Shown: one piece after another, positions 53,601-64,000 of the stretch
How positions within the stretch are numbered: the stretch's first letter is position 1
Layout: each line of letters opens with the position of its first letter
NCBI GenBank assembly: GCA_024679065.1
Contig: JAGIQG010000007.1
Location: 50,344,001-50,408,000 of the forward strand
DNA: 64,000 bases
Reading direction: 5' to 3'
Origin: Sphyrna mokarran
Taxonomy: Eukaryota
Translations under genes and position numbers: made by a program
Notes under the pieces: generated by a model
What the model was told of the DNA's origin: nothing
Seen by the model: only the letters and a program-made list of their open reading frames with translations
The model's database searches: none

Positions 53601-54000
53601 ATGGCTGGAGGCTATGATGTTATAGTTGGCCAGCAGTACTGTTTTCCTGCTCACCAACTGACTGTGGATATTGCTTTAACCATCATTAGTCTAACATTGA
53701 CCAGATTTGTACATATATGTATATAAATGTTACAATTTATAGCTGGTGCAGACTCATTTCCCCTTCATGATCCAACTGATAATGTGCTTTTATATTGTGC
53801 ATCAGTTAAGTGTAACCCTAAGTCAAATGCATTTAAAAGTAACAGTAAAGTCATGGAGACAGTTGTGGCAAAACAAACCATCACCAATGAATTCCTCAGT
53901 GAGCACTTAATCTAAAATTGAAGGTGAGAATGTTTTTAAGTAAATTTCTGACCTTAAGAACCGCAAGTTCTATAATTAACAATCAATGACCAAGACATAC

Positions 54001-54036
54001 CTGAAGTTCCTGGGGCTCCAAAAGTCATGAAATGCC
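54001..54036 (-). CDS. EMILIN2: EMILIN-2 36-nt micro-exon (HFMTFGAPGTS)
   Basis: ttttctctcccag|GG...TCAG|gtatgt on -. Strong splice sites, open phase 1-1 frame joining the next exon. Confidence 0.7.
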
Positions 54037-54624
54037 CTGGGAGAGAAAATAATTATTTAAATGTTAGTGTTGACAGCGTTCCTCTTGTGAAATAGCCAGA
54101 AACATACTTCAGTAAAAATGAAACCGATGTAGAATTTTATTACAAGGGCCCAGACGATGCACAAGCCTACAATCCCTGAAACTTGGCCAATTGGTAACCT
54201 TTGGCACTGACCCCAAAATAAGTTCCAGGGTCAATGGGCAGACTCAGTTTTCTGCCCTCTGAAATCTAATGTCTATATTTCTTTGGATCCGTAGTGTGGA
54301 TAGGGGGAAGAAATTATATTGCCTTCTCTCCCATTTATGGAAATTATGAAAACCATAAACATTCCTGCTTTTTCATTACCAAATGCATTATATTTATGTC
54401 AAGTATTTTAGTTTGCTTACATATTATAAATCATCAGTTTTGTCCAAAAACAGAAGACAAGCTGGTTTCATATTGCAGATATTATACTACAAGAGAGCAT
54501 ATTCATTTGCATCAGTCTATGTGTCATGAAAAGTACACCATAATCTTCTGGTAAATTAATCATACATCTATATTAATCAAATCAAAAATCAGCAATAACA
54601 ATTTTTTTATATTGCTACTGTAAA

Positions 54625-54742
54625 AGTAAAATACTGCTGAAATAAAAACAGGAAATCCTGGAAAAAAAGTCAGCAGGTCTGGCAGCATCTGACAGAAACA
54701 GATCTAATGTTTCAAATCTAATATGACTCTTCTTCAGAGCTG
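54625..54742 (-). mobile_element. Penelope-like terminal-repeat remnant with a degenerate hammerhead core
   Basis: On -: CTGAAGA-A-GAGTC-atatta-GATTT-GAAAC followed by gatgctgccagacctgctga; related to 41170-41265 and 48740-49050. Confidence 0.5.
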
Positions 54743-56099
54743 ACATTGTTATTGCTTATGCTTGTGAACACCAGTATATCTGAACTGTTGAACAAAGAGC
54801 AGGGATAAGTCATTCAGCCCCTCGAGCCTGCTCCACCATTTAATAAGATCGTGTTTGATTTAGTAGCAATCTCAAATCTGCATACCACCTTCTCTTGATA
54901 ACCCATCACCTCTGGCTTACCAAGAATCTATCCACCTCTGTCTCAAAGAGACCCTGTTCCAATACTTTTTCAGGGACAGAGTCGCAAAGAATCAAGACCT
55001 GCTGAGAAAAATAAAAGTGCCTTATTTCTATTTTAATTGGCAACTCTTTGTTTTTGCTGTGGCAGAATCAGTTTAAAAATATTCTCTCTCCATCCACCAT
55101 GGCAAGGCCATTCAGGCTTTCAATCAAGTTGCAATGTTTCAATTAAGTCAGCTGTTATTCCTCTAAATTCCAGCAGATACAAGCTAGCCTGTCCTACCTT
55201 TCCTCAAGACAACTGACCCAGTCCAGGTGTTAGTCTGTCTCATGTTGTATGCACAAGAATTGGTCTATGAGATGTCATACGAATGGTGGGCACAAGGGTG
55301 GGCACAGTTGTTTCATATAGCTTCACCCATGGTCTTGTGCATCAATGCCCTCCATTTTAGGCCAGCCCATGGATCACTTGAGGACCCTCATGAACATCCA
55401 CTGGTCCCCAGACCACACTCTGCGAACCACTGAATCAGGGGAATCCTGCTCTCCAATCAGACAATAAATAGCAGCCTCATCATTTTCTCAGACTCACTAA
55501 ACACACATCATTGCACTTCTCAATCTCAGCCACCAGAGGGAACACTTTAGCCCAAAGAGGCAGTTCACATCGTGGACAAAATATGCAATACGAACCCTGT
55601 CCAGTAAAACTGTCCAAAAATAACACAAGCACTGAACCCAGCTGAGCAGTCTACAACTCTGGCCATTGTGTCTTCAAAACCGTGGGAATGAATCTCAGCA
55701 GGTCCATCGGGGTGAGACGAGAAAGGTCATTACTACCATTTGTCAGTATTTTAATGTAGCTTTGAATTAAATCACACCCATCCAAATACCAAGGAAATCC
55801 AAGTACTGAGCTGATAGGGAAATCATACAAAGTTGGATTCAAGGGAAATATATATATATTAAAACAGAAAACATCATAAGAGATAATAATGATGCATCTA
55901 AGATCAAAAAGCATCGAGCAAGAAAAAACTATTTAGCCTTCAAGGATGCACTTCCTGGGGCCCTTCAGGAATTCAATTCTACCTCATCCTATGCATCTCC
56001 TAGCAACATTTCTTCCATATTAAAGATAAAGACACAAACTTCCAAACTAGAGGTGTAAATTAACCAACTCCAACTCGAGGTGTAGCTCCTTCTCCATCA

Positions 56100-56278
56100 A
56101 GTCTGTGTGAAGTTTGCACTTTCTCCCCATGTCTGCGTGGGCTGCCTCCAATGCTCTGGTTTCCTCCCACATTCCAAAGATGTATAGCTTATCAGAATTA
56201 GTGGGTTAAATATATGGGGTTAACGATGATAGGGCCGGGAGGTGTGGGGTCTAGGTGGGATGCTCTGTTGGAGAGTTT
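56100..56278 (+). mobile_element. V-SINE fragment
   Basis: gtctgtgtgaagtttgcactttctccccatgtctgcgtggg..ggtttcctcccac. Confidence 0.7.
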
Positions 56279-56279
56279 A

Positions 56280-56845
56280 AATTTAAGAGCCGTGGGGTTA
56301 TGCTGCAACTATACCTGACCTTGGTGACCACATCTGGTCATCTCACTATAAGGAGGATATGAAAGCAATGGAGAGAGTGCGGAGGAGATTTACCAGGATG
56401 CTGCCTGGTTTGGAGGATAGGTCTCATGAGGAAAGGCTGAGGGAGATGGAGCTTTTCTCTTTAGAGTGGAGGAGGAAGAGAGGCGACTTAATACAGATTT
56501 ATAAGATGATAATGGGATAGATAGAGTGGACGTGCAGAGACTATTCTTTGGGTGGATGTAACTGTTATAGGGGGCATAATTATAATGTTCATGGTGGAAG
56601 ATATTGGAAGGATGTCCGAGATAGATTCTTTACACAGAGAGTGGTTGGGGTGTGGAATTCACTGCCTGCTTTGACAGTGGAATCGGACACTTTAGGACTT
56701 TTCAAGCAATTAGTCGATAGGCACATGGAGCACACCAGAAAGATAGGGAATGGGATTGCTTGATCTTGGGTTTGGACATAGCTTGGCACAACATTGAGGG
56801 CTGAAGGCCCCGTACTGTGCTGTACTGTTCTACATCTATGTCTAT
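56280..56845 (+). mobile_element. CR1 3' fragment
   Basis: ORF 56548-56763 RFFTQRVVGVWNSLP; tail gggctgaaggccc..tgtactgttcta. Confidence 0.88.
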
Positions 56846-57507
56846 CTCCTCCTCATCCCCTTCACATAGAGATAGGGCTATGCACAAGATACATTCCACA
56901 AGGGATGTCTGGATGTCTTATGAACTGAGTCTGTATTTAATGTTTCTGTATGTATCTGCATCATTAGTAATTTGTTATCAAAGAACAAAACAGCATGGGA
57001 AACAGGCCCTTCGGCCCAACGTGGTGGCAGCACCACCTCGATGTTCCCACCTCTACACGCGATCCCTGTCCATGTTTATAGATCTATGGATTAAAAACCA
57101 AATTTGAGACAATTTAGGGAGAATTTGTTTTGCCAATTAGCCTAAGAGCACATCTTTGGGATGTGGGAGGAAACCGGAGCTCCTGGAGAAAACCCACGCA
57201 AGCACGGGGAGAATGCGCAAACTCCCACAGACACAGGCCCAAATCCATGTATCTGCACAGCACAGCTATAGTCACTGCGCTGTCATGTTGCCCATCAGAT
57301 GGTCCAGGTCAAGCATACACTAACGATGTGAAGCAGTAGGATACTCCTGAAAAAGATCCAAGAGCAGTCCTCTCACGACCCATCGCGTGTATGCCCCTTG
57401 TTAGACAACAAGGTGGACCAAAGCACCTGTAGGATAAAAACAAGTACATCAATATCATCATCTATTTACACCCTTCCCAGGGCCTCCCAAGGCTCATGAT
57501 CCCTATT

Positions 57508-60417
57508 TTAAATCAGTTTTCTATACCCCTCCATTCCCATTCTGTTCATGTGCCCATCTAAGTATTTCTTATATATCTCCAGAGTACCTGCCTCCACCAC
57601 TTTACTTGGTAGCGCATTCCATACCCCCACCACCCTCTGTGTGAAAAAGCTCCCTCTAGCATCCAAATTATACCTTACCCTCCTCACCCTAAGCCCGTGA
57701 CCCCTCGTGCTATTTGAGTCCTTCCTAGGAAAAAGCTTAGCCCTGTTTACTCTATCTACCCCCTTCAAAATCTTGTACGCCTCTATCAGATCTCCTCTAA
57801 GTCTACGACTTTCTAAGGAAAACAGTCCCAATTTGCCTAATCTCTCCTCGTAACTCAGACCTTCCATACCAGGCAGCATCCTGATAAACCTCCTCTGCAC
57901 TCTTTCCAGAGTCTCCACGTCCTTCCGGTAGTAAGGCGACCAGAACTGGACACAGTATTCCAAATGAGGTCTAACCAGCGTTTTATACAACTGCAACATT
58001 AAAGGCCAGCTCTTGTACTCTACACTCCTTCCTATAAAGGCTAGTATACTATATGCTTTCTTCACAACCTTCTCCACTTGCTCTGCCACCTTCAGAGACT
58101 TGTTCACCTGCACCCCCAGGTCCCTCTGCATTTCTATACTCTTAGTAGATCTACCCTTTATCATTTACCTCCCCCCTACGTTTTTTCTCTTGAAATGCAT
58201 CACCTCACACTTATCAGGATTGAATTCCACCTGCCATCTGTCTGCCCAAGCTACCAGCCTATCTATGTCCTGCTGCATCGCCTGACAATGCTCCTCATTA
58301 TCCGCAAGTCCAGCCATCTTTGTATCGTCTGCAAACTTGCTGATCACTCCACTTACTCCCTCTTCCAAGTCATTTATATATATTACTAATAGAAGAGGTC
58401 CCAGTACCGAGCCCTGCGGCACACCACTAGTGACCGACCTCCAGCTAGAGAAACACCCTTCCACTATTACTCTCTGTCTCCTATTATCAAGCCAGTTGCT
58501 TATCCATCTAGCTACCTGTACTTGTATCCCATTTGCCTTGACCTTCTTGACTAACCTCCCATGAGGGACTTTGTCAAACGCCTTACTAAAATCCATATAG
58601 ACAACATCAATGACTCGCCCTTCGTCTACCGTTTTCGTCACCTCCTCAAAAAATTCTACCAGATTTGTAAGGCACGACCTCCCCTTAACAAATCCATGCT
58701 GCGTATCCCTAATCAGATTGCAACACTCTAAGTGCCTATACATCCTATCTCTAAGAATCCCTCCAACAGCTTCCCTACCACTGACGTCAAACTCATCGGC
58801 CTATAATTTCCAGGGTTATCCCTACCACCCTTTTTAAACAACGGTACAACATTAGCTATTCTCCAGTCCTCTGGGACCTCACCTGTGTCTAAGGAAGAGA
58901 CAAAGATTTGCTTCAGAGGCCCAGCAATTTCACCTCGCACCTCTCTAAGCAGTCTGGGATAAATGCCATCAGACCCTGGAGATTTGTCAGTTTTAATACT
59001 ACCTAGAAGCTCTAACACTTCCTCCCTCGGTATGGATATTTCCCTCAACTGGTCCACAGCTCCCTCAGAGACAGGAGCTGTCAACAAGCCCCTCTCCTTC
59101 GTGAATACTGACACAAAGTATTCATTCTGGATCTCCGCCATTCCCTCGGGGTCTAAGCACAATTCCCCTCCTCTGTCCCTAAGAGGTCCAATTTTTCCTC
59201 TAACCACCCTTTTATTCCTAACATAGGAGTAAAAAGCCTTTGGATTTTCCTTAATCCAATCCACCAAAATCATTTCATGCCCTTTTTGCCCTTCTAACTC
59301 CCTGTTTGAGCTCCCTCCTACTCTGTCTATATTCCTTCAATGCTGTCTCGGTTCCCAGCTGCTTCGACCTATCATACGCTTCTCTTTTCTTCCTAACCAA
59401 GTCCTCAATATCCCTAGTAATCCACGGCTCTCTAATCCTACCTTTCCCATCTTTCCTCTTGGCTGGCACGTACTTATCTTGCAACATTTTCAGTATTCCC
59501 TTGAAATAGTCCCACATGCCTAGCGTGGACTTACCCTCAAACAACCGTTCCCAATCAGTTTCCATAAGTCCCTGCCTAATTTGACCGTAGTTAGCCTTCC
59601 CCCAATTCAGCACCCTGCCCCTGGGGCAACAAGCATCCTTTTCTATCTGTATCCTAAAGTAGACAGAATTGTGGTCACTATTAGCCACATGTTCCCCTAC
59701 TACAACATCAACCACCTGCCCTGGCTCACTACTCAGAACTAAATCCAATATAGCCCCTTCTCTAGTCGGGCTAGCCACATACTGTTCCAACGATCCTTCC
59801 AGTACACATTTTACAAATTCCTGCCCATCCAAACCTCCAGCTCTGGGTACTTTCCAATCCACCCTAGGGAGATTAAAATCTCCCACTATAACGACTCTGT
59901 TCTTTCTGCACCTATCCAAAATGTCTTTACACGTGCCTTCTTCAACTGCCCGTGGGCTGTTGGGTGGCCTATAATACACCCCTAGCATAGTAATTGCCCC
60001 CTTTCTATTCCTCAACTCCACCCACAGTGACTCCACTCCTAACTCCTATGTATTGTCCTCCCTCTGCACCGCCGTGATGCTCTCCTTAACTAACAACACC
60101 ACTCCCCCACCTCTTCTGGACCTTTCTCTGTCACGCCTGAAACACTTATACCCAGGAATGTTCAGTTGCCACTGCTCCCCTTCCTTTAACCACGTCTCTG
60201 TCACTGCAACCACATCCAAGTTCCTCGCAAACATTAAGGCCCTAAGTTCATCCGTTTTTCCCGTTACGCTCCTCGCATTGAAACAGACACACTCCAGACC
60301 TCCAAGCCCACTCGGAACCTCTTTCTCCCCGGTGCATCTCTTCTTGTCCAAGCTTACTCTATCACCCATATCGCTCTCTACCGAGAGATCGGTCTCATCC
60401 CCTCCCCCCCTCCACAT
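57508..60417 (-). pseudogene. CR1 ORF2 endonuclease-reverse transcriptase, broken into 5 ORFs
   Basis: ORFs 60046-60417, 59275-60036, 58728-59273, 58165-58743 and 57508-58164 are collinear; one nonsense codon plus frameshifts. Confidence 0.92.
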
Positions 60418-61335
60418 TAGTTTAAATCCTGCCGAAACACTCTAGCTAACCTCCCAGCTAAGATATTCACACCCTTCCCATTTAAGTGTTCCCCATCCCT
60501 TCTATATAGGTGCCTTTCTTTCACAAAGACTTCCCAGTTATCCATAAATATGAAACCCTCTGCCCTACACCAGTCCTTCAGCCACGCATTCAGCTGTAGG
60601 ATCTCATTTCTCCTGGCTCCGCTATTACCCGTGCCTGGAAGCAGACCTGAGATCGCCACCTTCGAGGCCCTGCTCTTCAGCCTACCCCCCAACTCCCTGA
60701 ACTGCCTTCTTATATCCTCCCTGCTCTTCCTTCCTACATCCTTCTCTCCTACGTGAATAATCACATCCGCCTTGGCCGCCCTCCCCCTTCAAAATGCCCT
60801 CTACCCTGTCTGACACATCTTGCACTCCTGCTCCAGGGAGGCAAACTACCATCCTGGAGTCCTGCCTTGGACCACAGAAACGTCTATCTATTCCTTTAAC
60901 CCTCCCATCCCCCACCACTATCTCCCTTCTAGCCCCTTTTCTCCCCTTTGAGGTACTCTGGTCCTTGTGCCTTGCCTTTTTTAACCCTCCGCCCTCGACA
61001 TTTTGGGGGGCTGCCACTGGGGAAGTCTTTGGACTGTCTCCCCTCTCCTTTTCCCCCTCCCTGACAGTAATCCACCTGTAAGGGTCAGGTTTCCCCCCCT
61101 TAGGTTTCGGGTCTGCCACCTTACTTTGCCTCCCTTCCATAATTGCCTCGTTCTCCCTGACTAAAAATGCATCTTCCAACTGGCGCTCTAGTTGCTTGAC
61201 CCGAGCCCTCAGATGCTGCAGCTCCAAACACTTGGTGCATATGTGGACTTTCTGGAGAGGTCTTACCTCCAGGAACTCCCACATGTGACACTGTACACAG
61301 GTGAGGCGTCTTCCCTTAATCCCTGCCATTGTCAT
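60417..61335 (-). pseudogene. CR1 ORF1 (zinc finger/leucine zipper + esterase), one frameshift
   Basis: ORFs 60682-61362 and 60417-60764: CVQCHMWE..CTKC, VVGDGRV, CLPGA, IIHVG, DGEHLN. Confidence 0.85.
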
Positions 61336-62574
61336 GGACACCTTTGGAGGTGTGAATTCCAATGGAAAACCAGTAGCACACTGTGTCTAAGCCTGCTCTA
61401 GCCCAAGCCCTGTGAGCCAAAGCCCTTGTATCTCTCACTCTGCTTCCCTATTCACTCCGCTGCCCGCTGTCTACTGCCACTTTCTTTTTATACTCTCTTC
61501 ACTCTTTCTGTAAATTAAGGAGACCATTAGTTTAAGCTTGAATGTGATGGTTTGATTGTGTAACATGTTTCGAATAGACTGTCACATACCATTGCCAGAG
61601 TCAGTGGGATTTATCCATCCCATTGTAGTGAATGGAGATTTGGCCGGGTGCCAAATTTTCTGGCCTCGCTGCAGTGGGAGTATGGTGTGAACAGCTGGTA
61701 AAATTGCACCCAAGTTTTTGTTTGATACAAATTACTATAGTTAAGGAACAATTACTACTCCCATCGTCTGTTAAAGAAATTGCAATATACAAAATTGCTG
61801 CAGATTTTGGTTCACAGAATCAGTCTGCTTATGGAAGCTACCTTTTTGGCTGGAATATGACTTACATTCCCAAACATTCCCTATCAGCTGCCTTTTCTCT
61901 ACGAAAAGCTATTCAAGTCTGTAAGTCTAACCTCATCGTATTTGAATCATAACTTGGGCTACTGCACAAATGTACTTTGGAGGACAAGTAACTAAAACTC
62001 TAAGTAATATTCCACAAATAATTTCATTACAGATCTATATAAGTTAATTTTTTTAATGAATTATCCAGGGGTGCACTTGAGTATTTCCGCCCATCTGCCA
62101 CTAAAACAACCTTTGTTACCACCTGACTGAATTATTCAAATAATCTCCTGGCTGGCTTCCCTTTCTCCTGAAACATTAGGTCATTCAATGCTTCTCTGCT
62201 CTTCATATTCTATCACCCCTGTACTCACTCATTAATATGGGCTCCTGAGTCTCCCCCCAATGCCCTAGATTTCAAGTTCTCATCTTCAAGTCCTGTCATG
62301 TCCTATCTCTTCCTTGCCACTACATCTTTCTTCATACCCCTTTTCCATAGTCTTGGTTTCTGACTGTGGAATTTCAGTTTTATATTTCTCTACAAGTGAT
62401 CATAAAATTGACTGCAATCTCGTGTGTCTTGGCCAGTTTGATTTGGATTTGCTCCGTACACTCTGCCCTCATAAGTGAACCAGTATTAAGTCTTTGGGTA
62501 GAAGGCACTACATAATTGTTGTTCTGATAAATATAGTTCTTCCTCTTTTTTACTTACTTTACCTTTTAAACATT

Positions 62575-63012
62575 CTGGTGTCAGCTGTGGGTCAATGTGC
62601 AGCAATTTTTCTTCTGAATTTGAAAGTTGTGGGTTCATGTCCAACACAGAGACACGAACATAAAAATCTAAATTATCACCCCAGCACAGTACTGAGGGAA
62701 TGTGCTACTGCTTAAGATATTTAGATATTCAACTAAAGACAACACTTCCCCTCCACTGCCAAACTCCACCTGTACTCTTAGAGAGCAATAAAAGTTCCAA
62801 TGGCACAATTTTGAAAAACAGCGATGACCTGAGCATTATTTATCCCTCAATCAACATCCATAAAAAGCCCAGATTGTGTGGTCATTGCCATTTTGTGAGA
62901 CTTTGCTATATGCCAATTAATAGCCATGTGTCCTCTTACAACAGTCACCACACAAAAATACTCAACTGGCGGTAAAGTGCCTTGGGTCATGCAAAGGTCT
63001 TGAAAAGGGCTA
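62575..63012 (+). mobile_element. Degenerate SINE resembling the Deu-domain (AmnSINE1/SacSINE1-like) type; a related - strand remnant lies near 35880-36250
   Basis: tRNA-like head (gggttcatgtcc), cagtactgagggaatgtgc, atttatccctcaatcaacatc; recognised from memory only. Confidence 0.45.
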
Positions 63013-64000
63013 GATCAATGGGTGGAATTTTCCGGTCACATCCACCCTAAGACCAGAAAATCCTGCCTAAGGACAACAGATCTTTAAATAGTCCGTCAAA
63101 TTGGCCATTCCACTTGTGATGGCCCCCACATTAGGCGAGACTGGAACATTTACTCCTTTATTTTTACAAACATTTTTGTATTCATAGGAAAAACATGCTG
63201 AACTTAAGAATAATTATCTACCTTTAAGCTTAAGTGAACAAACAGGAGGATATTTTGTTAGAAAAGAATTAGAAACCACATTGGTATGTGCATTAACAGA
63301 TAAGTTATCCAGAAGGTCAATCAGTTACTTCTGCACCAGACTGCGTACCAAAGTAACAACACATGGGATTCTCTGATGTTATTTGTGCCTGGCCCTCTGC
63401 AAGCAAGAATGGAGAATCTGACATTCAGCGACAACTCCTTTCATTTTCAGTGGCAGCGAAGCAAAGGTGGATGTTTTCAGCAAATATATCATTGAGGCCT
63501 GAGAAAGACACATGTCAGCTACTGCATCTGAAAGTGTGATTCTTATAAATTGCTAGAAACCACAAGATATAACATGGCGGCAGCAGGTGTCTGTAAGTAA
63601 AACCCAAGCATAGTAAATAAATAAACGTGGAATTAAATTGTGAAAAATCAACTCCAGTTAGAAAGAGAAAAAAAGAGTTAACCGTGCAAAATCAAATTCC
63701 AATGCAGCAATGAACACTCAACTTCAGCTCGTGATGAATTATAAGGCTGATTATCTCTTCAGGACAGTTGAGAAGTTTAAACAAAAGTGCAGGTTAAGAT
63801 TCAAATTTTTTAAAAGGTATTAGTGAAAAGGAAAGAGTCAGCTACATCCTTCTGTGATCAGGAGAAAAAGAACCTGATCTTCTCAACAGGTAAGAGATGA
63901 ATGAAGATGATACTAGAAACCCTTATTTTTTGAAAAGTTGAGCACACATCTCTGGCCAAGATCAAGGCATCAGTTCCATCAATATAAATTTCAAAGTCTG

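Larger units (their letters stand above)
56979..61495 (-). mobile_element. Near-full-length CR1-clade LINE (ORF1 + ORF2, disrupted) with extended composite 3' UTR
   Basis: ORF1 has CxxC..CxxC, a coiled coil and an SGNH-esterase-like part. ORF2 has an APE endonuclease (NARS, TETW, GDFN, SDHN) and RT (GVPQGSVLGP, FADD). Ends in the CR1 tail GGGCCGAAGGGCCTGTTTCCCATGCTG. The 5' boundary is approximate. Confidence 0.93.

Noticed and set aside
57288-57300. CTGATGG / CTGAAGG after the hairpin as a hammerhead core
   Set aside because: Both copies have G instead of the final A of CUGANGA, and there is no correctly placed GAAA.
58013-61081. Multiple + strand ORFs opposite the LINE
   Set aside because: Antisense shadows of ORF1 and ORF2 with no independent motif.
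61500-64000. Further EMILIN2 exons
   Set aside because: No splice-bounded Pro/Gly-rich or coiled-coil frame was found; upstream exons probably lie outside the window.

Overview
This is vertebrate genomic DNA, most likely from a cartilaginous fish (inferred from shark-type tRNA-derived V-domain SINEs and abundant CR1 LINEs). It holds two convergent genes. On +, 18 coding exons of lipin-2 (LPIN2, 385-39525, 825 codons plus stop; the first coding exon is upstream of the window) include the DIDGT catalytic motif. On -, the last three coding exons of EMILIN2 (54036-48095) encode the gC1q domain. Introns carry CR1 LINE fragments, a near-full-length CR1 (about 56979-61495), a Rex1/Babar-type fragment, several SINE families and Penelope-like remnants. 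The most notable observation is that two diverged CR1 copies (9416-11740 and 56979-61495) share a composite 3' module: a consensus 3' splice site, a 124-134 nt long hairpin with compensatory changes, a complete but B-box-deleted V-SINE-like body, and then the CR1 tail. A third copy at about 24945-25262 carries only the SINE-like part and tail. All coordinates were read by hand and no database search was run. Repeat family names and comparisons with known proteins come from recalled knowledge.
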